Below are positions 36,785 to 48,526 of a DNA stretch of 64,000 nt, piece after piece. The DNA is from Macrostomum lignano (lineage: Eukaryota): NCBI GenBank assembly GCA_002269645.1, contig NIVC01000184.1, positions 124,001 to 188,000 of the forward strand, given 5' to 3'. Both the position numbers and the translations under genes were made by a program. Each line of letters opens with the position of its first letter. Position 1 is the first letter of the stretch. Below the pieces are notes generated by a model that was given only the letters and a program-made list of their open reading frames with translations, did not search any database and was not told the DNA's origin.

Positions 36785-39692
36785 AGCGCGAATATGATCG
36801 GTGAGTTGAAAGTTGGAACGCAAAAAAACAAGGTTGCCAAATATATAATTGTTTTGTATTTTCCACCGTCCACTGAATCTTTAAGCTACGAGAAAAAGTC
36901 TACCAGAAAACGTTTATTCTTGTTCATTTAAAGAAGACTTTCTTGTTGCGAGGTTCGGGGAGTGTGGCTTGCCATGGATACCAGCGCGAGCCCGATTGGT
37001 TGGGCCATGGAGTTCTAAGCAGAGCACCTAGAATTATACAGGGATGGGGAAAAGCAAGGGATTTTCTAATTCAAAGGTGATAGATTTGTTTGCACACCTG
37101 TCTACGAGTAGTAAAGTATGGTATATGAAGTACTTGCAACATCTGATATAGTTACAATATAATTGATGCTCTTAACGAACTACCTGAACCAGATATGAGC
37201 TTGTAGAAAGTTTATTCAACTTGAAGAGTAAGCCGTCAAAAAATTGAAGTCAAAGGTTTCGGTGATGCTCGACAAGTTTTTGTTTTCAATATTTTGCGAA
37301 AAGCAATTTAGCTGTCAGTGATGACGGAGCTGCATGCTGAGCTCTTGGACCGCTCGTGACCGCGGTGTTACACTTTAGACTATCCGGGGTTTTTTTTGTC
37401 TGGCCCGGATATCCGAACGCACTTACGATATCCGCCCGGATACTGCCAAGCAAAAAACCTGCTTTGTTTTCTCCTTCCCGGATATCTTGAGCTGCTTTGC
37501 ATTGTCCGGGCACTTTGAGATGTCTCTCCCGGACATCCTACGGCACTGACTCTGCTATCCGGGCCGGAGATCACAAGAAGGGGAAGTTGTCTTAGGAAAT
37601 CCGACGGCTAATTTAACGGTGTATATTTCAATAACAATTTCGCGTTTCACACACTCCAAAAAGAACAAAAATTAAAGCTATCATTGTCAACCGAAAAGCA
37701 GTTTGTTACTCCATTCACCAATCTAATTCGATAAATAAATAACTGGCGATCCGCTGAATGAAGCGCGACGAGTCACAGCCTTTTTCCGATGCTATGATTG
37801 AGAATTTGAGATGCTTTCCGTTTTCACATTTTGAAAAACCAGCCAGCTGATAAGTACGAGCTATTTTTGCCGAGACATTTGATGATTTGGTAGACCCGCT
37901 AACTCCACCTCTACTGCAGATTATCTCTCTCTTGTACTGGAATGTGCCCGGTAGCTCAACATGCTCGTCGCTAAAAACGTAAAAACACTTGACTTAGAGT
38001 TACTTTGGCCACCGAGTGAATTATTTTTCCAAAACGTAGGACTTGGACAAGAAATATATTCCATCTGAAAAGAATAGGTGTATTATAATTTGTGCAAACA
38101 TTCCTTTGTGGCTATTAGCTCGTACACTGATAATCATGGCATGTACGCTTGTACGGGAGTTTCAACGACAGTCTATTATCGATTTATCCTTAGACTGCAT
38201 CTTATCTGCCCCTCCCAAGCACTCTGAGTCAGTCCCATTCTCGCTTAATGATGTCCTTCTGACCCACGCATTCACATGCGCCTTATCTTGTAAATAATTT
38301 GACTAACTTGCCACCTCAATCGTTATTCACCCCGGACAATTCAAGACCTAGGATATTTCAAAGCCCGATTTTGTTGTGCCTTCGATTATCCAGGGTAGGT
38401 TATCACAAAGCGACAATAATTTTGCTTTGCGATGTCCCCCGGACAAATTAAGACCCCGGTGAACAGAAAGCCTAACACCGGGAACAGTAGATGACGTGCA
38501 TGGACGCGCTCACCGAAACGCACTTTTTTAAACAAGCTATAAAATTCCCAAGTCGCTTGAACTCCATTTGACGCTGCAATTCCCTAAGGCGGTGAAGTCT
38601 TGAGATATTTACAGAAGGCTCTGATACATGTAGTTCTACACCAGCGCTACCCGTCGACTTGACACATTTCAGGCCAAACGCGTGAAAATTCAAGTACGTC
38701 TATATGAAAACTCTCTGGGAATTAAATTCCACAGTGTTATACATGTTCGCTACACCTGTGTTAGCTTGGGGGTTGAGCATCTGCCAGAAGTGAGATGCCA
38801 AACTTAATACTATTAATTAAGTGATTGATTCTATGATCTGAGGCCTATGACAGTATCTACACGCTTGTAGACGATGTCGCTGAAGGCCCGCAGCCCGGCC
38901 TGCTGTGAATATTACTATCAAGGGCTTAAGAAGGCCGAACCCATCAAGTTCTCAATCGGAGATCGCAACTCAGTCTCCGGTCCGAAATGCATAAACATCC
39001 CAGAGACGAAGTGAATATTAGCTGCGAAGAGCAGGTCCAATTTATTACCTTTTAGCCTGCCCCTCGACTCGGTCTCTCACTTCTCTCTTTATCTCTCTCC
39101 TCTCGCTCTTACAATCAGCTTACGACCGTTTAAATCCGCCTGTTGCTAAATTTAGTTCTGTGTAAGTTCATTCCTAGTTAATTTTTGTCCCACTAGCAAG
39201 TAGCGAGAAGTGGATTATTTCCAGCCGAAACTTTTCCCACACGACCCCAAGATTTGCCAGCTGGATTAAAGCACAGGTTTAAAATCTTTGCCTCATTCAA
39301 TTGTGTCTGTATTAAAATCGGGAAATCGGAAATCGCTATTAAAATTCATAGATGAGTGACGACGTAAACTCCTGATCGACTCAACAAGAGAGACGTTCTC
39401 ATCCAGCCCAAAACAATCATAACCAACGGCATTCTTCGGTAATAATAAAAAAGAAGTTTTAAGCAGTCTTAACTTTCCTTTTAATCAATTTATCCACGGA
39501 TGCGTGAATTTATAGAAGCGCATATTGCGAGTATTTATTAAGTCTAATTGTCAAGAATTTAATTGTTTTCCGTGAGAATTACCAAGCACTGTTGCATTCG
39601 TTACTCACAAAATGCATTCAATTTAGTACGGGTACTTAAACAGCATAGCAACCGGAGAATATCGAGCTCTAACATAGAATGCCAACTGGCTT

Positions 39693-40018
39693 TTTGACCA
39701 TAGACAATGAGTTAGACCTTTGAGTTTTGACCATAGACAATGGGTTGGACTTCTGACCATAGACGATGGGTTAGTTAGGCTTTTGACCATAGACAATGAG
39801 TTAAGCATTTGACCATAGACGAGTTCGGCCTTTGACCATAGACAATGAATTAGACCTTTGACCATAGACAATGAGTTAAGCTTTTGACCATAGACAAGTT
39901 AGGCCTTTGACAATAGACAATGGGCTAGACCTTTGACCATAGTGGGTTAGACTTTTGACCATAGACAATGAGTTAAGCTTTTAAACATAGACAAGTTAGG
40001 CCTTTGACCATAGACAAA
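39693..40018. repeat. Degenerate 22-34 bp tandem repeat with TTTGACCATAGACAATG core
   Basis: About 12 cores just 3' of the importin-11 stop. Confidence 0.85.
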
Positions 40019-40252
40019 ACTGACTCATTAGTAGCTCATTGGTAAGGCATTATTCTCCCTGGGATGAAAGAATACATGACCATAGACACGTCCTAGATAA
40101 ATTAGCATTTCATTAGCTAAATTTTACCCGCGTATTCTTTCATCAAAACGAGCTTTAGCTGCCGTCAATGGGCTTCCTGAGTAAGTCAAGATTGGCATTC
40201 TACAAGCATATATGTTGACGCTCAATATTCTTGGATAGCAACAAGCAATATT

Positions 40253-43200
40253 TTAAGAACAAGCGCCAACAGTTCCAGACCCAACCAGCTCCATCAGTTG
40301 AGTCCGAGTAGCAGCGTCCAACGATTCGAATAGTCGCTTAGTCGCCTCGTTGCCTAGCGACGAATTCAAAGCTAGCAGCTCCCTGCGCAGATGCTCCTGC
40401 ACTGAAAGTCGCTGGACACAATCGGCCGCGTTAGCCAGCATCTTTCGAACCTCGTGACTAGATTTGTCTTCTTCTTGCTGTTGCTGTTGTTGCTGCTGTT
40501 GTTGCTGCTGCTGCTGTAGACCATCCGAAGCGTTATCAGCAGTGCCGGAGCAGTGAACCAACACGCCGACAACTGCTTCAATTATGTCGGCAAACACAGC
40601 GCCAGCTGAGTCAGTCTGATTATTATTAACAAGAGCTGCAAAGCCGAAAGCCAGCAGCCCTAATCCGAGCAGTTTCAAATCCCGCAGTTTAGCCGAACGT
40701 TTACAAGCTGCAATCCAAGCGGCCAGGAGAGCCGATGGCAACGCTTGGCTGGACTGCGACGGCAAAGCGGCCAGCAGCAGCAGCGGCTGACTGAGAGCCA
40801 CCCGGCTCACCAGCTTCCAGAAGGCCACCCGATTGGCAGCCAGGCAAGAAGAAGCGGAGGCTGTGTCCAGGCAAAAGCTGGATAATAGGCCCGGCAGTAG
40901 GGGGACCAGCAGCTGGGCAGATGGTTGAGGCGACACCTGCAGAGACAGATAGGCGATTCAATGGGACAGAGTAGCTCCCATCACGACCCCTGGTTCAATT
41001 CCGTGCATGCCTGAGATAATTTATCGCTCAGGTGTCTATTTATCTTTCTAGATAAGACTCACCTTTAGCAAATCGTTGCACAGCAGCAGAGGCTGCAGGC
41101 GGCGCTCCGAGCAGCAGCCCGGCACGGCTAGGCAAGCTTGGCAGGCTGCCAGCAGAGCGGCGCCGTGAGCGGCCAAGTAGCGATCGCAGTCAAGGTAGGC
41201 GCACACCTGCAGCAGTCTGCGCTCCGGAGCTTCCATGCAGGCGCGCTCGGCGATGCGAGAGTGCAGACAGGCCAGGCTCTGAGCGAAGCAGTCCTGGGTT
41301 GGCGGGGATGGCGATTATTGCTTAGAGGTGGACAGTAGTTTAAAAGAGGTGGTTGGTGCCGGTATGTATCGAAATCATTTAAGAGAAAGAAGAGAAGGTG
41401 GGACAATGAGGGCGAGGGGGAGAGGGTGAAAGGGTAGAGAGAGAAGAGTGTGAGAGGGGGAGGGGAGAGGGTAAGATGGGAGAGGGCAGATGGTGAGAGG
41501 AGAGATGATGATAGGAGGGAGGGCAAAGGGTGAGAGTGAAGAGAAGAAGAGGGTGAGAGGGGAGAGGGCAGATGGTGAGAGGGAAGAGAGGAGAGGGTGA
41601 GAGGGGAGAGGATGAGAAGGGAGAAGGTGAGAGGGAAGAGAGTGAGAGAGAAGAGGGTAAGAGGAGAGGGTAAGGGGATAGGTAATGGGGTGAGAGGGTC
41701 AGAGGGGAGAGGGTGAGAAGGGAGAGAGTGAGAGGGCAGAGAGCAGAGGATGAAAGAGAAGAGAGGAAGAGGGTGAGAGGGAAGAGGATGAGAGGGAAAA
41801 GGGTGAGAGGAGAGGGGATAGGGAATGGGGTGAGAGGGTGAGAGGGGAGAGGGTGAGAAAGGAGATAGTGAGAAGGGAGAGGGTGAGTGGAGAGGGTGAG
41901 GTGAGAGAAGATGAGAGGGTGACAAAGCCGCACCTGTTCAGGATAGGTGTGCAGATGGCAGAGCAGGTACAGCAGCAGGTGCAGGCCGCCCTCCCAGAAC
42001 AGGTCAGGCCCGGTGAGGCAGGCGTGGGCCAGAGGCAGGGCCAGATGGCCCAGGCTGAGATCGCCCAGCTTGGCAAGCTCGCACAGCACGGACAGCACGG
42101 CTAGGCGGGCCTGGTCCCCTCCAGCCGAGTCCCACATTCCCGGCAGGTGCGGCACAAGAGCTGGCAGGCAGGGCCGCAGGTCTGCTACTGAATATCTGGA
42201 AATGATTTTGCAAAACCATAAATTTGATAATTGTTCAACACAACAGATATCACATTCACATAGCATTTAATTGTTCGCATGGGGCTTTGGGGGAACTGGG
42301 CATATCACACAATGTACATTTCCCCATCTACCTCTGTCTCGCCGTCTACCTCTCCCAGTCTCACCTATCTACCTCTCCCAGTCTCACCTATCTACCTCTC
42401 CCAGTCTCACCCTATCTACCTCTCCCAGTCTCACCTATCTACTTCTCCCAGTCTCACCTATCTACCTCTCCCAGTCTCACCCTACCTCTTTTAGTATCAC
42501 CATATCTGCCTCTTCCAGTGTCACCTTATCTACCTCTTCCAGTCTCACCCTATCTATCTCTCCCAGTCTAACCCTATCTACCTCTCCCACTGTCACTCTA
42601 TCTACCTCTCCCAGTCTCACCCTATCTACCTCTCCCACTGTCACTCTATCTACCTCTCCCAGTCTCACCCTATCTACCTCTCCCAGTCTCACCCGATCTA
42701 CCTCTCCCAGTCTCACCATATCTACCTCTCCCAGTGTCACCCTATCTACCTCTCCCAGTGTCACCCTATCTACCTCTCCCAGTGTCACCCTATCTACCTC
42801 TCCCAGTGTCACCCTATCTACCTCTCCCAGTGTCACCCTATCTACCTCTCCCAGTGTCACCCTATCTACCTCTCCCAGCTTCACCTTATCTACCTCTCCC
42901 AGTCTGTTTCTATCTACCACTCTCATTCCCTCTACGAGTCGTACCTCTCTATCTCGCTCTCACCTGAGAAAGCTGGCCACCACAGTGAGCAGGTGCACCT
43001 GGGCCTGATCAGACCTGACCTGGGCCAGCAAACCAGCCAATCCGCTGAAGCAGTCGGCAGCGTGAGGCTGGAAAGCATTAGCATCCAAATTCAAGCTGGT
43101 CAACAGAGAGTGAGCCAGCCTGGCAGCTTGCAATCTCAACAGCGGATGCCTGCTAGGCGACATCAGACTGGCCGCTGACTGACAAGCAGCGCCAAACAAT

Positions 43201-46200
43201 TCCGTTGGCAAAGCGTCTGGCACATCGGCCCAAGCTGCTAGCAGCATCACAGCTCGGCGCTTCAATAATAGCGACCATTGATTGTTAGATTCGTCGTCTA
43301 CTTGCAGTAGCATAGGCAGTATATTGCATGCCTGGCATAGGTCAGGAAACCTGACGCATTTGGCCAGATCGTACGGACAGGAGGCTAACAGGGTCAGGGT
43401 GGCTTCCAGTTCGCGCGGAGACGCGGTTGAGTTGGCTGCCGAGTTCAGCTGCGCCTCAACGATGCGTTGCACCGCAGCTAGAGCTCGTTGCGGCAGCTCT
43501 TGTAGCAGCGACTGGAGCAGGGCCTCGCCGGCGTGCCGGCCGGACAACAGGTGGGCCTGGGGGTGAGGGAGGCATGGACGGCTTTTGAAGCTATATAGAC
43601 ACCTGGATAGGAAAGCATCTTGTTGTAGTGACAAGCCTGATGTAAAGAACTTGATAGTTTGCAAGAAATACTCATATTTAATCTCAACCCCTTAATTGAT
43701 TGTAGTCATCAATTATAGTCATTAATTGGTTGGTAATCAGATGGTAAGAGCGTACGAGTATGACAGCTTTGGTTGGCAACCTTAGTGATGGCGCCTCTGG
43801 TGATGGCACCTCTGGTGATGGCACCTCTGGTGATGGCACCTCTGGTGATGGCACCTCTGGTGATGGCACTTCAGGTAATGGTGCTTCTGGAGATGGCGCC
43901 TCTCGAGATGGCGCCTCTGGTGATGGCGCCTCTGGAGATGGCACCTCTCGTGATGGCGCCTCTGGTGATGGCACCTCTGGTGATGGCACCTCTGGTGATG
44001 GCACCTCTGGTGATGGCACCTCTGGTGATGGCACTTCAGGTAATGGTGCTTCTGGAGATGGCGCCTCTCGAGATGGCGCCTCTGGTGATGGCGCCTCTGG
44101 TGATGGCGCCTCTGGAGATGGCACCTCTCGTGATGGCGCCTCTGGTGATGGCACCTCTGGTGATGGCACCTCTGGTGATGGCACCTCTGGTGATGGCATC
44201 TCTGGTGATGGCACTTCAGGTAATGGTGCTTCTGGAGATGGCGCCTCTCGAGATGGCGCCTCTGGTGATGGCGCCTCTGGAGATGGCACCTCTCGTGATG
44301 GCGCCTCTGGTGATGGCGCCTATCGTGTTGGCGCCTCTGGTGATGGCGCCTCTGGTGATGGCGCCTCTGGTGATGGCACCTCTGATGATGGCACCTTTGG
44401 TGATGGCACCTCTGGTGATGGCACCTCTGGTGATGGCACCTCTGGTGATGGCACCTCTGGTGATGGCACCTCTGGTGATGGCACCTCTGGTGATGGCACC
44501 TCTGGTGATGGCGCCTCTGGTGATGGCGCCTCTGGTGATGGCGTCTCTGGTAATGGCGCCTCTGATAACGCCCTAGAAATCAACCCCCCCACCTCATTCC
44601 AATGAAAGCTGCTGGCTACACTGATGCCGCCAAGATTTGCTCACTTTTTCCGGAGTCTGAGCGAATACAGCCTCATCAGGTTGAGTCAGAGCTTCGTCTA
44701 ACTCATCGCTAGTTGAAGCGAGATGACGGCGGAGCAAGCCGAGCACGAGGGCGTCGAGTGCGGCATCCGTTAGCAGCTCGTTGAGAGTCTGACTTGCTTG
44801 ATGCAGTTGATCGCCAGCGTCTATTGGGGAGGAGGGGAGGAGCGAGAAGTGCCTTAGGATTCACAGAATTCTGAGCACAACACGCAGACATGCACCCTGA
44901 CTTTCTAATGGTCAGACATGTACACTCACTCAGCCTTGGGGAGTTGACCATCATCATCGAGCGACGTTAGAGTCGCGTTAAAAACTAGACAACTCACCTG
45001 GGGCAGGGGAACCATATGACTGCACGCACTGCGATATGAGATTGAGGCATTGTACATTGATACGCCTGTCCCTGTACTCGGCGCTACTATCATTGTTTGG
45101 CCAATTCGCATCGCTACCAAACGAAATGCCAACGGCCAGTTTCACTGCCGGTTCCATCAGCTGGGCGAAGGCTTGCGGCGCGTGAGTTTGACAGCGCAAC
45201 AATAGGCGGCCCAGAGAAGTCACTAATGGTTCCAAAGGAGCGTCAGGACTGTTCAAGGCCAGGGTTGGCAGGCATTCGATGACGCAGCCTAACAGACTGA
45301 CTGGCGAGTTGTCGCCAGACGGTGTACTTAGAGAGGCTAAGCCGTGGCTAATCAGGTTGGTGCAGCACTTGGTGTACAGTACGGTGCACCAGATGTCGCA
45401 GGATGGGGCCGCTCCGGTGCTGCAGCTGAGGATTTAGGTGACGGTTGGTACAGGTGAGGGGCGGTATAGGTGACGTTGGTACAGGTGAGGGGCGGTAGAG
45501 GTGACAGTTGGTACAGGTGACGGTTGGTACAGGTGACGGTTAGTACAGGTGAGGGGCGGTACAGGTGACGGTTGGAACAGATGAGGGGCGGTACAGGTGA
45601 CGGTTGGTACAGGTGAGTGGCGGTAGAGGTGACGGTTGGTACAGGTGAGTGGCGGTACAGGTGACGGTTGGTACAGGTGAGGGGCGGTACAGGTGACGGT
45701 TGGTACAGGTGAGTCGGGCGGTACAGGTGACGGTTGGTACAGGTGAGGGGCGGTACAGGTGACGGTTGGTACAGGTGAGGGGCGGTACAGGTGACGGTTG
45801 GTACAGGTGAGTGGCGGTACAGGTGACGGTTGGAAAAGTGAGGGGCGGTACAGGCGTTCATAGCTGGTATTTACCTAGCCGCTAGCGATTGCAATCTGGG
45901 CACCAATCGGCCAATCAGAAACGGAACCAGATCGCAACTAACCGAACGAAACTGCTGCCTATGCTTTGGCAAAGTTTTCGACATCAACGCTTTAACAATG
46001 TGATGAAGCAATAATAGGCTACGCGATTGCCATTGCTCATTGCCAGCTGTGCTAGGATCGGTCAAGCAGGCGCTCAAACTAGTCATTAGGTCGGGCCAAC
46101 GCTCCGGCCAATCAAATCTGGCCACCAAGCCGGCCGTCATGGCCAGCTGAGTGGCCGCCGGCAACTGCTGACTGTGCAGTCGCAGAGCAGCCTCGCGGAT

Positions 46201-46434
46201 GAGACTTTTATCCTCCGGCGTCACTTTGAATCGCCACCGGAGCCTCACTAGATTTTTAATACAAATCGACGCTAATAGGCGAACTTCGTTGCTAGGATGT
46301 TCGGCGATTATTGGCAATAGTTCGGCTACGAAGTTTGGCGATGACTGCATCGACTCGAGCTCCTCTAGGCGGGGCACGTGACCTTGGTTAACGACGCTGC
46401 TGCACCAGGCGGCAAGACTGCCGGAGTTCAGCAT
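40253..46434 (-). CDS. IPO11: Importin-11 (karyopherin-beta family), 7 exons, 972 aa
   Basis: complement(join 46434-45875, 45425-44998, 44820-44645, 43556-42964, 42195-41934, 41278-41063, 40936-40253) = 2919 nt; all GT-AG and phase-consistent. Motifs VRLLASICIKN..W, VARFDWPERWPDL and LLLLHHIVKALMSKTL...RQQF resemble IPO11 as recalled; C-terminal HEVRKMLA...LFESLD...QLMEL. Confidence 0.9.
41390..41920. repeat. Purine-rich (GAGAGGGTGA-like) low-complexity tract in IPO11 intron 5
   Basis: Direct reading. Confidence 0.85.
42325..42910. repeat. 24-bp minisatellite (TCTACCTCTCCCAGTSTCACCCTA)n in IPO11 intron 4
   Basis: Period 24. Confidence 0.92.
43785..44565. repeat. 15-bp minisatellite (CTCTGGTGATGGCRC)n in IPO11 intron 3
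   Basis: Period 15; a variant block recurs every 165-180 bp; source of the GDGTS/PSPEV pseudo-ORFs. Confidence 0.95.
45435..45852. repeat. 16-bp two-variant minisatellite (GTACAGGTGACGGTTG / GTACAGGTGAGGGGCG) filling IPO11 intron 1
   Basis: Occupies ~420 nt of a 449-nt intron. Confidence 0.92.
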
Positions 46435-46639
46435 GCCGGCTTCAGAGCTCTATTTATTATCTAGCAGTTGCCGTTTTTGTAATTTTAAGTTACGGTAACA
46501 ACATGAAATTTATTAGGTTTAATGTTATAACTATTTAATGCAGCTGAGAGACTGAGAGGCCCTATAGGGATCAGAAGGACTTAAGAACTGGGATATTCTA
46601 AAGAAAATAAGGACCTATGGGATTTATGGATAGACCATA

Positions 46640-48215
46640 GAATGGGGAATTAAGAAACTGGGATATTCCTCACAGTGGGGAATTAAGAAACTGGGATATC
46701 CCTCACACTGGGGAATTAAGAAACTGGGATATCCCTTACAGTGGGGAATTAAGAAACTGGGATATCCCTTACAGTGGGGAATCAAGAAACTTGGATATCC
46801 CTCACAGTGGGGAATGAAGAAACTGGGATATCCATCACAGTGGGGAATGAAGAAACTGGGATATCCCTTACAGTGGGGAATCAAGAAACTGGGATATCCC
46901 TCACAGTGGGGAATGAAGAAACTGGGATATCCATCACAGTGGGGAATGAAGAAACTGGGATATCCCTTACAGTGGGGAATCAAGAAACTTGGATATCCCT
47001 CACAGTGGGGAATGAAGAAACTGGGATATCCCTCACAGTGGGGAATGAAGAAACTGGGATATCCCTCACAGTGGGGAATAAAGAAACTGGGGTATCCCTC
47101 ACAGTGGGGAATGAAGAAACTGGGATATCCCTCACAGTGGGGAATGAAGAAACTGGGATATCCCTCACAGTGGGGAATGAAGAAACTGGGATATCCCTCA
47201 CAGTGGGGAATTAAGAAACTGGGATATCCCTCACACTGGGGAATTAAGAAACTGGGATATCCCTTACAGTGGGGAATTAAGAAACTGGGATATCCCTTAC
47301 AGTGGGGAATCAAGAAACTTGGATATCCCTCACAGTGGGGAATGAAGAAACTGGGATATCCATCACAGTGGGGAATGAAGAAACTGGGATATCCCTTACA
47401 GTGGGGAATCAAGAAACTGGGATATCCCTCACAGTGGGGAATGAAGAAACTGGGATATCCATCACAGTGGGGAATGAAGAAACTGGGATATCCCTTACAG
47501 TGGGGAATCAAGAAACTTGGATATCCCTCACAGTGGGGAATGAAGAAACTGGGATATCCCTCACAGTGGGGAATGAAGAAACTGGGATATCCCTCACAGT
47601 GGGGAATAAAGAAACTGGGGTATCCCTCACAGTGGGGAATGAAGAAACTGGGATATCCCTCACAGTGGGGAATGAAGAAACTGGGATATCCCTCACAGTG
47701 GGGAATAAAGAAACTGGGGTATCCCTCACAGTGGGGAATGAAGAAACTGGGATATCCCTCACAGTGGGGAATGAAGAAACTGGGATATCCCTCACAGTGG
47801 GGAATGAAGAAACTTGGATATCCCTCACAGTGGGGAATGAAGAAACTGGGATATCCATCACAGTGGGGAATGAAGAAACTGGGATATCCCTTACAGTGGG
47901 GAATCAAGAAACTGGGGTATCCCTCACAGTGGGGAATGAAGAAACTGGGATATCCCTCACAGTGGGGAATGAAGAAACTGGGATATCCCTCACAGTGGGG
48001 AATGAAGAAACTGGGATATCCCTCACAGTGGGGAATGAAGAAACTGGGATATCCCTCACAGTGGGGAATGAAGAAACTGGGATATCCCTCACAGTGGGGA
48101 ATGAAGAAACTGGGATATCCCTCACAGTGGGAATTAAGAAACTGGGTTACCCCTTACAGTGGGGAATCAAGAAACTTGGATATCCCTCAAAATGGGGGAA
48201 TTAAGAAAGTGGGAT
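46640..48215. repeat. 33-bp satellite (CAGTGGGGAATGAAGAAACTGGGATATCCCTCA)n, ~47 units, between IFT43 and IPO11
   Basis: Period 33; variant pattern repeats at 528 bp (16 units). Confidence 0.97.
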
Positions 48216-48526
48216 ATTTCATGGAAACATAAATTTTTGATAAAATGAATACAAAGGGAATGAAAGACAATAAAAAAGCAATACTTATAAGGATAATTTG
48301 CTCACAAACTAAAAATTGAAGCAGAGAAATAATTTCAAGGACAGTATTTATTTATATAGTTAAAGCAACTTATTTCCAAAAAAGAGAAATTGCAAGCACA
48401 GCCTTAATTTCAGTTTGTAAACAGTGTTAACATTTTTGGACGGAATTGAAGCTTATATCTGGTCGTTTAGTCATCAAGTCATTAAAGCGATGAAGCCACG
48501 TGTCTGCGCCCGACATCTTGAGGCTG

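Noticed and set aside
37380-38470. Clustered CCCGGA(T/C)A motifs suggesting DNA-transposon subterminal repeats
   Set aside because: Could not define termini, TIRs or a TSD
40484-40525. Poly-Gln tract in IPO11 as a notable feature
   Set aside because: Falls in the variable C-terminal acidic loop; CAG/CAA tracts are common in this genome (also in the Notch-like tail)
43684-44605. GDGTS / PSPEV / MAPLV repeat proteins (ice-nucleation- or adhesin-like)
   Set aside because: 15-bp array inside IPO11 intron 3, open in three frames
46640-48232. Long ORFs (472, 427, 300 aa) and CRISPR-like appearance of the 33-bp array
   Set aside because: A period divisible by 3 opens several frames on both strands; no spacers, no unique protein domain
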